In this document: positions 24,732 through 32,643 of the stretch, in pieces | Position numbering within the stretch: the first letter of the stretch is position 1 | How the letters are laid out: each line of letters opens with the position of its first letter | Source: Burkholderiales bacterium | Lineage (GTDB): Bacteria; Pseudomonadota; Gammaproteobacteria; Burkholderiales; Burkholderiaceae_B | Direction of reading: 5' to 3' | DNA length: 33,054 nt | Assembly (NCBI GenBank): GCA_005788065.1 | Contig: SXZD01000252.1 | Span: 1-33,054, forward strand | Position numbers and translations under genes: made by a program | The notes under the pieces: generated by a model | What the model was told of the DNA's origin: nothing | Seen by the model: the letters and a program-made list of their open reading frames with translations, nothing else | The model's database searches: none

Positions 24732-24824
24732 AACAGACACTTTAAAATGTTTTTTTACCGCATATTTATGTGATAGCGTTCGGTTACAAAAATTGTTAAT
24801 CCGACCATAACGACTGACAGATCC

Positions 24825-26600
24825 ATGACGCAACTCGTCCGCCTGTTCTATACCAGCAAGGCAGAACGGCGCACCCCAGACGCGACACAGCAGATACTCA
24901 CGCAAAGTGTGGGTAACAACACCCTGCGCGGTATCACCGGCGTACTGCTGCAGGTGGACAGACGCTACCTGCAGGTGCTCGAAGGCCCCAAAGACGCTGT
25001 CATGGCGCTTTTCACCAAATTGCAGGCGGATCCGCGCCACCGCGCAATCAAAATCCACTTCGAACAGACTATCACCGAGCGCATGTTCGACAGTTGGGCA
25101 ATGGCTTCGCCCGCCGTGGGCAACCTGCAGATCAAATCCACACTCGAATTGTTGACCAGTCAGAACCCCGCTTCCCAAGAGATCGGATTAACGTATCTGA
25201 AGTACTGGCTGACCACACAGGCCGCCGACAAACGACTGCTTCCGGATGGTGACGCTGCTGAACTGGGCGCCCCCATTCTGGTGGATGACTTCATGGCGGC
25301 GCAGCGCCGCTCACGCGACTTCTCCATCATTGCGTTCTGCGCGGCCATCCTGATTGCCGTGCTGATGGACATCTCTTTCTACATCTCGGATTATCTGGGG
25401 GGGAACGCCGAGAGTCTGCGCATGGTGCACTCCCACTCGTTATCTGCATTCGGGCTTATCCTCTCGATCTACGTCGCCAACCGGCAAGACCTCAGCAAAG
25501 GCGTTGCCATATTCCAGATCACCGCTTTCATCAGTGTGGCCTTGCACATGCTGTATGCCGGCTATGGCATCTACGCCCCCAGCCTGCCTTATCTGGGCCT
25601 CGCTATTGTGTCGGGCATCATCAGCAACCGACACGATCAACACTTCAAACTGCTGTTTGCCTGTCTCGGGCTCATCGTCATGGCAGCCTTGTTGTCGGCC
25701 GTTTCGGTAGATACCGGACAGTTCTCCAAACCCGTACCACTGCATCACGCCACTGTAGCGGGCTTGCTGTTTCCGCTGGTCTGTGCGCTTATACTTGATG
25801 CGCAGCGCCATCGCACGTCGGTTACGCAGCTCTTCGGCGCGCACCTGTTGAGCGACCTGAGCAAGACCATCGACCGACTGCGGTCTGCCATGACCGCACG
25901 CAATTATTTTTTCTCGGCCATTTCGCACGAAATCCGAACACCCATGGCCGGTGCGGCTGCATCGGTATCGCTGCTCAAACATCCCAATGCCAGCGAGACT
26001 ATCAAAGAGCGAAGCCTCAAATCGCTGGACCAGTCACTGACCAACTTGAACCGTCTGCTCAACGATCTGCTGGATATCAGCAAACTGGAGTCTGGTTCCT
26101 TTCAACTGGCCAATTCCGCATTTGACCCGATAGAGCTTACCCGAGAAACTGTCGAGTTCTTCCAGCCCAACATACTTGAAAAGGGCAACACGCTCGACCT
26201 GCAGTTACCGACAGACGCACTGACGGTGATAGGTGACAGCATGCGCCTGCAACAGATGATCGCCAACCTGGTCAGCAACGCGGTGAAGTTCACGGACAAG
26301 GGGCACATCACCGTGCGGCTCAAGCGCATGGATACGGGTGGACTCGCGCTCTCAGGCTATACCACCTTGCGTTGCGAAGTCAGTGACACGGGCATCGGCA
26401 TACCGGCGGAAGACCTGCCATACCTTTTCCAGCCGTTTTCCCAAGCCAGCCAGCATGGTTATTCAAAGATCAAGGGGACCGGGCTTGGCCTGGCCATCGT
26501 AGCCAGTCTTGCCAAGCAGATGGAAGGTGAAACTGGCGTGGACAGTGTGGAGGGCCAGGGTTCTACGTTCTGGTTCACCATCCGCCTGCCAATCAAGTAG
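24825..26600 (+). CDS. BLUF domain - polytopic membrane module - HisKA - HATPase_c histidine kinase
   Basis: 591 aa.
- aa 4-96 are BLUF: RLFYTS (Y9), [19 protein letters not shown] (Q50), DPRH, FDSWAM (W91, M93).
- About 6 hydrophobic helices span roughly aa 165-330.
- Kinase motifs: H-box [16 protein letters not shown]-box [10 protein letters not shown]1 DTGIGI, F-box FQPFSQ, G2 GTGLGLAIV. Confidence 0.8.
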   Translation: MTQLVRLFYTSKAERRTPDATQQILTQSVGNNTLRGITGVLLQVDRRYLQVLEGPKDAVMALFTKLQADPRHRAIKIHFEQTITERMFDSWAMASPAVGNLQIKSTLELLTSQNPASQEIGLTYLKYWLTTQAADKRLLPDGDAAELGAPILVDDFMAAQRRSRDFSIIAFCAAILIAVLMDISFYISDYLGGNAESLRMVHSHSLSAFGLILSIYVANRQDLSKGVAIFQITAFISVALHMLYAGYGIYAPSLPYLGLAIVSGIISNRHDQHFKLLFACLGLIVMAALLSAVSVDTGQFSKPVPLHHATVAGLLFPLVCALILDAQRHRTSVTQLFGAHLLSDLSKTIDRLRSAMTARNYFFSAISHEIRTPMAGAAASVSLLKHPNASETIKERSLKSLDQSLTNLNRLLNDLLDISKLESGSFQLANSAFDPIELTRETVEFFQPNILEKGNTLDLQLPTDALTVIGDSMRLQQMIANLVSNAVKFTDKGHITVRLKRMDTGGLALSGYTTLRCEVSDTGIGIPAEDLPYLFQPFSQASQHGYSKIKGTGLGLAIVASLAKQMEGETGVDSVEGQGSTFWFTIRLPIK

Positions 26601-27189
26601 CCAACAAGGCCGTGCCCGCCAAACCCACCGCCACCACAATGGCGGTGTAGAGCAAACCGATACCGATGCCGGCTGCCACAAACAGGCCATCGCGCGCCAT
26701 GCGTCCCAGACAGATGGCGATGATGGAACCGGACGGTCCGATGTTGCCACCCGGCATGGGCAGGAAAATGAAAAACGCCATCAACAGGATGAGCGGTGCC
26801 TGCAGCAGCAACATGATCGGATGACTGGACGCGAGAAACGTCAGGCGCACCCGCGTGGCACCGGCAGCCACCTCATACAGGCGCGTCAACCACTCCATGA
26901 GTTTGTCAGCCACCTTGAAGGGAATGGTCCGTCGGGCCACAAAGTCCGGCAGACCCACTCCGGGGCGGTTGATGACCATCAGCAACGTCAGTGGCACCAA
27001 GGCAATCGAGAACACCATACCCGAAAACGGTACCGGCAAAATGGTCAAGCCGCAGACAAAAATCATTAGCGCAAGGTTTGAGCTGTCTCCGAGACTAGCC
27101 GCCAACAGGCCAAGTTGAACCGGGTTGCCGGGATTGGACTGTATCTGCTGGTGAACTGCTTTGACGTTTTGCAAAAGGGCATGAAGCAT
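26593..27189 (-). CDS. exoD: ExoD family (exopolysaccharide synthesis) membrane protein
   Basis: 198 aa with the ExoD-like layout: ...[40 protein letters not shown]...[10 protein letters not shown], followed by C-terminal TM helices. Its 3' end overlaps the convergent kinase gene by 8 nt. Confidence 0.65.
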   Translation of the reverse strand: MLHALLQNVKAVHQQIQSNPGNPVQLGLLAASLGDSSNLALMIFVCGLTILPVPFSGMVFSIALVPLTLLMVINRPGVGLPDFVARRTIPFKVADKLMEWLTRLYEVAAGATRVRLTFLASSHPIMLLLQAPLILLMAFFIFLPMPGGNIGPSGSIIAICLGRMARDGLFVAAGIGIGLLYTAIVVAVGLAGTALLAT

Positions 27190-27214
27190 GGGGTCTGCCT
27201 GAATTGGGGATTAG

Positions 27215-27258
27215 CTGAAACAGGGTTTGCCTGAAACAGGATTGTCCTCTGAGACAGG
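27215..27258. repeat. three direct copies of CTGA(A/G)ACAGG in the exoD / phnD-like divergent spacer
   Basis: Copies lie at 27215-27224, 27231-27240 and 27249-27258, with starts spaced 16 and 18 nt apart. On the exoD strand they read CCTGT(T/C)TCAG, and the nearest copy is about 25 nt from the exoD ATG. Confidence 0.35.
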
Positions 27259-27406
27259 TCATCCATTATCCACCATCCCGGCCAGTGCGTTTAAGACTCC
27301 GTATTAACCATGAGGGGTGATCCATCCCATGAAATAAGCCGGCAAATCACGTAGTATTGACCATTGAGGTTTTTCACACACATTAGCTGACGGAGCAGAA
27401 ATCACC

Positions 27407-28339
27407 ATGATCGTTGAAACACGCCATGCGCATGCATCACATCTGAACGCGACAAGCCAAGCGCCCCGCACCCTGCGCGGGCTGATGGGTAGCGCACTGG
27501 CAGCACTTGCAACCGTCGCAGCCCTTGCAACGGGCAGCATTGCGCACGCGCAAACGTCCCTGAAAATCACCTCCATCCCGGAAGAAGCAGCAACCGAGCA
27601 GATCCGCAAGATCAAGCCCTTGGCCGACTATCTGACCGCTGAGTTGGGCATGCCTGTCGAATTCACGCCGGTCAACGACTATCCCGCTGCTGTCGAGAGC
27701 CTGGTCAACAAAAAAGTGGACGTGGTGTGGTTCGGTGGATTTACCTACGTGCAAGCCAAACTGCGTTCAGGAAACAAGGTCATTCCGATCATCCAGCGCG
27801 AGGAAGATACACAGTTCCAGTCCGTGTTCATAGCCAAGACCAATTCCGGCATCAAGGACCTGAAAGATCTGAAGGGCAAGAACGTGTCGTTCGGCTCACA
27901 ATCCAGCACGTCAGGTCACCTCATGCCACGCAGCTTTCTGATGGATGCGGGTCTGAACCCTGAAAAAGATTTCAAACGTGTGGCTTATTCCAAAGCGCAT
28001 GATGCCACCATCGCATCAGTGGTGAGCGGACAGGTGGATGCAGCCGCGCTCGACATCACCGTGTGGAAGAAATTCGTCACCGAAGGCAAAGTGGATACGA
28101 ACGACACCAACGTCTTCCATACGACACCCGGTTATTTCAACTACAACTGGTCAGTGCATCAGGACATGAGCCCTGCCCTGCGCGAAAAAATTGCCCAGGC
28201 TTTTCTCAAGATGGACCCCAAAAATCCGGCACACGCTGAACTGCTGAAGCTGAACAGGGCCACACGCTACATCCGCACCGATGCCAAAAACTATGCGGGT
28301 ATCGAAGCAGCAGGCCGCTCGGCCGGTCTGATCGACTGA
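27407..28339 (+). CDS. phnD: PhnD-family periplasmic substrate-binding protein (phosphonate/phosphite-type ABC importer)
   Basis: 310 aa with a signal peptide ending AHAQ. PhnD-like blocks are present: LKITSIPEE...LADYL...PVEFTPVNDYPAAVESL...VDVVWFGGFTYV, SFGSQSSTSGHLMPR. The actual substrate cannot be read from the sequence. Confidence 0.75.
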   Translation: MIVETRHAHASHLNATSQAPRTLRGLMGSALAALATVAALATGSIAHAQTSLKITSIPEEAATEQIRKIKPLADYLTAELGMPVEFTPVNDYPAAVESLVNKKVDVVWFGGFTYVQAKLRSGNKVIPIIQREEDTQFQSVFIAKTNSGIKDLKDLKGKNVSFGSQSSTSGHLMPRSFLMDAGLNPEKDFKRVAYSKAHDATIASVVSGQVDAAALDITVWKKFVTEGKVDTNDTNVFHTTPGYFNYNWSVHQDMSPALREKIAQAFLKMDPKNPAHAELLKLNRATRYIRTDAKNYAGIEAAGRSAGLID

Positions 28340-28348
28340 GGATCTGCG

Positions 28349-29185
28349 ATGGAGATCAGTGCCCGCAATCTGTGTGGCAAGCACCCGGCGGCACCGTCGG
28401 GTGCGCCACATGCAATCGACCATCTGTCAGTGCAGATTGCATCGGGCGAACATGTGGCTCTCATCGGCCCCTCAGGTTCGGGCAAGACAACGCTGATCCA
28501 ATTGCTAGCAGCCGGGCTCAAGCCTTCATTGGGCGAGGTGCTGCACAACGGTCAAAACCCCTGGCAACTGGACAAATCCGACCTGCAGCAGTTTCGCAAA
28601 CATCTGATCGTCGCACCGCAGGTGCCGCCGCTGCCACCACGGCAGCGCGTGGTCACTGCCATATTGGCTGGACGACTGCCGCAGCAGAGCATCGGGCAGA
28701 GCCTGCGCTCGCTTTTTTATCCCAGCGACATACCCGGTGCGCATGCCGCACTCGACCAGTTCGGTCTGGCAGACAAACTGTTTGAACGGGTAGACCGCTT
28801 GTCTGGCGGCGAACGGCAGCGTGTTGCGCTGGCACGCTTGCTGATGAGCAACGCCAAGTTGTGGCTGATTGACGAACCGCTGTCGGCACTCGACCCCAAC
28901 AGCGCCCTGCAGGCCATCGACACATTGACGCGTATCGCCAAAGAACGTGGCGTCACGCTGGTGGTCACACTGCATCAGGTGGAGACAGCCCTGCAGTTTT
29001 TCCCGCGGGTATTGGCGCTCAGAAAAGGACAACTCGAGTTTGATCTGCCCGCAGCGGAGGTCAGCCGACAACGCCTGCAACAACTCTACGGAGATCAGGC
29101 CTATGAGCTGGAGCAACCGGCGGTGCTGCCTGTCGGCTTTGAGGCAACCGGCGTTGCCACGTCACAGGTGATGACCTGCAGATGA
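28349..29185 (+). CDS. phnC: PhnC-like ABC transporter ATP-binding protein
   Basis: Walker A GPSGSGKTT, signature LSGGERQRVALARLL, Walker B LWLIDEP. RBS GAGGA lies 6 nt upstream. The stop overlaps the next ATG as ATGA. Confidence 0.85.
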   Translation: MEISARNLCGKHPAAPSGAPHAIDHLSVQIASGEHVALIGPSGSGKTTLIQLLAAGLKPSLGEVLHNGQNPWQLDKSDLQQFRKHLIVAPQVPPLPPRQRVVTAILAGRLPQQSIGQSLRSLFYPSDIPGAHAALDQFGLADKLFERVDRLSGGERQRVALARLLMSNAKLWLIDEPLSALDPNSALQAIDTLTRIAKERGVTLVVTLHQVETALQFFPRVLALRKGQLEFDLPAAEVSRQRLQQLYGDQAYELEQPAVLPVGFEATGVATSQVMTCR

Positions 29186-30033
29186 GTCAGGCCGCATCCG
29201 TTCTCCTGCATCCACATGCTGCACGCGACCCGAGTTTTGTCAGTCGCGTGTTGCTCAGTCTGGTGGCGATTGCCCTTTGCGTGCCGCTTTTCCCGCTGAC
29301 CGAATTCAATCCGGCTCGGTTGCTCACTCCCGAGGCCCTGAAGTCCATGGGCAAGTTTCTCGCGGAGTTTGTTCCGCCGGCGGTGGGGGGCGAGTTCCTG
29401 TTGATGGTTGCGCGAGAAACGTGGCGCACGGTTGCGATCGCAACAGCGGGGCTGACGCTGGCGCTGTTCGGTGCCATTCCGATGGCCCTGATGGCTACCC
29501 GTCCCTTGAGTCTTTCTGCGCTCAACAATGCCGGCAAAATGGCGTGGATACCGACCGGTATCCGTCAGGGTGTGCGCACCCTGATGGTGGTGCTGCGAAC
29601 CATCCCCGAACTGGTCTGGGCGTTGGCTTTTGTTCGTGTGGTTGGGTTGGGACCGACCGCCGGCGTGCTGGCCATCGCGCTGACCTATGCGGGCATGCTG
29701 GGCAAGGTCTACGCCGAAATACTTGAGAGCAGCGACCGACATGCCAGCGACACCCTGATGCGAAATGGTGCCAGCCGCTTGCAGGCATTTTTGTATGGGC
29801 TGCTGCCGCAGAATGCATCCGAGCTGACGAGTTACACGGTCTACCGCTGGGAATGTGCCATCCGCAGTTCGGTGGTGATGGGATTTGTGGGCGCAGGTGG
29901 ACTGGGGCAGGAACTGGACAATTCCATGCGCCTGTTCAATGGTGGTGAAGTGGCCACGATGTTGCTGGTGTTCATCTTGCTGGTGGCTGCGGCCGATCAG
30001 GTCAGCCGTGTGCTGCGCCGCATGTTGGGATGA
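29182..30033 (+). CDS. phnE: PhnE-like ABC transporter permease (1 of 2)
   Basis: 283 aa, polytopic. The PhnE-type EAA region reads RTIPELVWALAFVRVVGLGPTAGVLAIALTYAGMLGKVYAEILE. Confidence 0.8.
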   Translation: MSQAASVLLHPHAARDPSFVSRVLLSLVAIALCVPLFPLTEFNPARLLTPEALKSMGKFLAEFVPPAVGGEFLLMVARETWRTVAIATAGLTLALFGAIPMALMATRPLSLSALNNAGKMAWIPTGIRQGVRTLMVVLRTIPELVWALAFVRVVGLGPTAGVLAIALTYAGMLGKVYAEILESSDRHASDTLMRNGASRLQAFLYGLLPQNASELTSYTVYRWECAIRSSVVMGFVGAGGLGQELDNSMRLFNGGEVATMLLVFILLVAAADQVSRVLRRMLG

Positions 30034-30043
30034 AGGGGCATAC

Positions 30044-30856
30044 ATGAACACCCACCACGCTGCAAATGAAACCTTCAAACTGGCGCCGCAACTGTTTCAT
30101 GCGCGCTGCGTGGTCTGCTGGGTGCTAACCGGCATCGTGGTCTTGATTGTGGCGAGCTTTGCCACACTCGGACTGGCCTTCCAAGAATTTTTTTCATGGG
30201 AATCGGCCCAGAGCATGGGCCGCTTTCTGGCAGAGTTTGCCAATCCGAACCTCAAGCCACTCTTTCTGAAACAGGTAGCCATCGCCAGTCTCGAGACACT
30301 GGCCATGTCGGCACTGGGCACGCTGCTGGCCGTTGTGGCCGGTTTGATGCTGGCCTTGCCAGCGGCGCGCTTGAAAGGTGCAAGTGGCAGCATCATGCAG
30401 ACCCTGCTCAATGTGCTGCGCTCCATTCCTGAAATGGTGTGGGCGGCCTTGCTGCTGATTGCTGCAGGTCTTGGCCCGTTTGCGGGCACGCTTGCGCTGG
30501 CCATTCACACCACCGGCGTGCTGGGTAGACTGTACGCAGAAACCATCGAAAACGCAGACCCGGGGCCCGCACAGGCATTGGTGCTGCAAGGTACGAGCCG
30601 CGGTCAGGTGTTCTGGTATGCCACGCTACCGCAGATACTGCCGCAGGTGATTGCGTATGCCCTGTATCGCTGGGAAAACAATATCCGCGCTGCCGCCATT
30701 CTGGGTGTGGTCGGCGCAGGGGGACTGGGGCAGATGCTGACCTTTCATCTGGGCCTGTTCCAGATGAGCAAAACCGCGACAGTCCTGTTTGCCATGATCC
30801 TGCTGGTGCTGGCGGTCGATTGGCTCAGTCTGGCCATGCGGCGGCGGATGATGTGA
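30044..30856 (+). CDS. phnE: PhnE-like ABC transporter permease (2 of 2)
   Basis: The start is set at MNTHHAANE (ATG 30044, RBS AAGGGG upstream), because the listed ORF's first 53 aa overlap the preceding gene. It is paralogous to the previous permease (RSIPEMVWAALLLIAAGLGPFAGTLALAIHTTGVLGRLYAETIE). Confidence 0.8.
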   Translation: MNTHHAANETFKLAPQLFHARCVVCWVLTGIVVLIVASFATLGLAFQEFFSWESAQSMGRFLAEFANPNLKPLFLKQVAIASLETLAMSALGTLLAVVAGLMLALPAARLKGASGSIMQTLLNVLRSIPEMVWAALLLIAAGLGPFAGTLALAIHTTGVLGRLYAETIENADPGPAQALVLQGTSRGQVFWYATLPQILPQVIAYALYRWENNIRAAAILGVVGAGGLGQMLTFHLGLFQMSKTATVLFAMILLVLAVDWLSLAMRRRMM

Positions 30857-30877
30857 TGCATGCAAGGTGGACTCATC

Positions 30878-31342
30878 GTGCAGATCTGGGTTGACGCGGA
30901 CGCCTGCCCGGGCGTCATCAAAGACATACTGTTCCGTGCGGCAGACCGTGCGAAAGTGTCAGTCACGCTGGTGGCCAACCAGATGCTCAGAACACCCCCC
31001 TCCCCTTATATCCGGGCCTTGGTGGTGCCATCCGGCTTTGATGTGGCCGACCAGCGCATCGCGCAAGAGACCAACAGTGGCGATCTGGTCATCACGGCCG
31101 ATATTCCACTCGCCTCGCTCGTTATTGCAAAGGGTGCAACGGTCATCGACCCACGGGGCGAAGTGCTGACGATTGCAAACATTGAAGAGCGTCTGACCAT
31201 GCGCAATTTCATGGACGAATTGCGTGGCAGTGGCGTGCAAACCGGGGGCCCCGCGGCATTCTCCGCATCCGACCGGAAAGCATTCGCAGGACGGTTGGAT
31301 GCGTGGCTGATGAAGCGACAGAAAATGTTGCAGGGGCGATAA
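30878..31342 (+). CDS. yaiI: YaiI/YqxD (UPF0178, DUF188) family protein
   Basis: It aligns along its whole length to E. coli YaiI from memory ([54 protein letters not shown]). I prefer GTG 30878, which has RBS AGGTGGA 7 nt upstream and gives the family-typical N-terminus, over the listed ATG 30860. Confidence 0.85.
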   Translation: MQIWVDADACPGVIKDILFRAADRAKVSVTLVANQMLRTPPSPYIRALVVPSGFDVADQRIAQETNSGDLVITADIPLASLVIAKGATVIDPRGEVLTIANIEERLTMRNFMDELRGSGVQTGGPAAFSASDRKAFAGRLDAWLMKRQKMLQGR

Positions 31343-31412
31343 GCCAGTCACAGCCCTTCGAAGATCAATCTTCTTCTGCCCGGCGCAACACCTCTGCTGC
31401 AAAGCGAGCGAC

Positions 31413-31520
31413 TCAAACGCCCAGATACTTTGCAATCAGTTCCGGCTGGGCTTTCAGTTGCGTGCTGTTGATCTCCCCCCAATTTTCTAGTTTCACCCTG
31501 TCCAGTCTGTGGGAGGACAT
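31413..31520 (-). pseudogene. C-terminal remnant of a LivG/LivF-type (branched-chain amino acid/urea) ABC ATPase
   Basis: My hand translation gives ...HRLDRVKLENWGEINSTQLKAQPELIAKYLGV*. The pattern DR..v.eNG.i...g....l...Pe.i.aYLG is the characteristic C-terminus of this ATPase family. Nothing corresponding to Walker motifs lies upstream. Confidence 0.4.
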
Positions 31521-31539
31521 CACAGGTCTCACTGCTGAT

Positions 31540-31665
31540 ACACCACGTCAGTTCACCAAAAAGCGCGACGTGTATTTCTACAATCTGTATGCCAACTACA
31601 ACTACGGCAAGGGCATGGGCAAGTCGCTGCAATCCCTGAACACGGGTTTTGTGTATCAGTTCTGA
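31540..31665 (+). pseudogene. C-terminal remnant of a Gram-negative porin (beta-barrel terminal strands ending ...GFVYQF)
   Basis: The tail of listed ORF 31303..31665 reads TPRQFTKKRDVYFYNLYANYNYGKGMGKSLQSLNTGFVYQF*. This resembles the porin C-terminus (y.lSKRT.lY...; terminal aromatic-x-F). The upstream 70 aa of that ORF look like non-coding read-through. Confidence 0.4.
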
Positions 31666-31679
31666 TGTAATGCGAACGA

Positions 31680-31704
31680 CGCCCCTGCACGAACGGCAGG
31701 GGCG
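31680..31704. terminator. GC-rich hairpin between convergent units, a candidate bidirectional terminator
   Basis: CGCCCCTGC-acgaacg-GCAGGGGCG, a perfect 9-bp stem with a 7-nt loop. It sits 15 nt after the porin-remnant stop and 8 nt after the stop of the minus-strand RD-rich gene. The flanking T-tracts are weak. Confidence 0.5.
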
Positions 31705-31711
31705 CTGTCGC

Positions 31712-32242
31712 TTATTTCGTCAGAATGCCGATCATCGCCTCAGTGGCTGCACGGGTCGGATCAACGCTGCCAGCGCCACCGACGGTGCCCACGGCACGTC
31801 CATCACGGTCATATACGGTCTGCGAGCTGGAGACACCGGTTCCGATGGGACGACCATCGCGATCAATGATGACACCTGACGGCTGACGTGTTCCGATAAA
31901 ACGGCCATCCCGGTCGTACACGGCATTACCATCGCGGCGGGTATAACGGTCATTGCGACCGTCATCATCACGACGTGAGTAACGTCCGTCGTCATCGCGA
32001 TCACGACGCTTTTCAGCCTTGCGATCTTCGTTGCGCTCATGTGCCCTGCGGCTGACTTCCTGGCCGTGATTGCGAGGCTCATCACGGTAGTCGCGACGAT
32101 CACGGTATTCGCGACGTTCGCGCGAGTCGCGATCATCACGCTCATAGCGGTCACGGTCACGTTTGTCGGAATCTGCCCATGCGACCGAGGTTGTCATCAG
32201 CAAAGCCAAGGCAGTTGAGGTGAGAATTGTGCGTGCGTTCAT
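31712..32242 (-). CDS. secreted Arg/Asp/Glu-rich low-complexity protein with three (V/I)xDRDGRx(I/V)GT repeats, function unknown
   Basis: 176 aa. RBS GGAG lies 6 nt upstream of the ATG. The Sec signal peptide MNARTILTSTALALLMTTSVAWA|D is clear. About 85 residues that are mostly R/D/E/K/Y follow. Then come VYDRDGRFIGT, IIDRDGRPIGT and VYDRDGRAVGT. Confidence 0.7.
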   Translation of the reverse strand: MNARTILTSTALALLMTTSVAWADSDKRDRDRYERDDRDSRERREYRDRRDYRDEPRNHGQEVSRRAHERNEDRKAEKRRDRDDDGRYSRRDDDGRNDRYTRRDGNAVYDRDGRFIGTRQPSGVIIDRDGRPIGTGVSSSQTVYDRDGRAVGTVGGAGSVDPTRAATEAMIGILTK

Positions 32243-32351
32243 GTACTGCTCCGGTGATATATATTGTTGACATCAGTTTAAACGCACGGGCAGGTCTTCC
32301 GTTGTCACACACTGGAGGGGGAATCCTGAGACGGTGGCTGACAGTGCGGCG

Positions 32352-32400
32352 CATCAACCGCAAACATCAACCGCAAACATCAACCGCAAACATCAACCGG
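32352..32400. repeat. 13-bp intergenic tandem repeat (CATCAACCGCAAA x3 plus a 10-nt partial copy)
   Basis: Three perfect copies at 32352-32390, followed by CATCAACCGG. It lies 110 nt upstream of the RD-rich gene's ATG and 344 nt upstream of the desaturase ATG. Confidence 0.9.
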
Positions 32401-32613
32401 ACCGAAAGGGCTATCCACCGACTCATATCGGCAGGCCGTCTGCTGGCCCGTCATGTCATACCAATCAAGCGTTCTAGGATCCATGTGGTATCGGTTTTCA
32501 ATCGGAAGGCGTTCAATGCCCCACGCCGACGAGTATAGTCCACCGCCTGATCAAACCCCGTTTGAATGAAAGCGTGCGTCGAGTCGGCGCGCACAGGGTG
32601 CCTGCCGCCATCC

Positions 32614-32643
32614 TTGACAATAGAGTGATCCCTCCATAAGTAT
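32614..32643 (+). promoter_or_regulatory. candidate sigma70 promoter for the desaturase gene (TTGACA-N17-TAAGTAT)
   Basis: A perfect -35 hexamer lies at 32614-32619, with an imperfect -10 starting at 32637. The element is about 100 nt upstream of ATG 32744. This rests on a pattern match only. Confidence 0.25.

Noticed and set aside
25396-25402. G7 homopolymer inside the BLUF-kinase gene (tatctgggggggaac) as a possible phase-variation tract.
   Set aside because: Seven nucleotides is short for slipped-strand switching, and it lies in a GC-rich genome where such runs occur by chance. The reading frame is intact.
29885-30043. N-terminal 53 aa of listed ORF 29885-30856 (Trp/Cys-rich).
   Set aside because: It overlaps the 3' end of the first phnE-like gene in another frame. 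ATG 30044 has an RBS and gives a sensible permease N-terminus.
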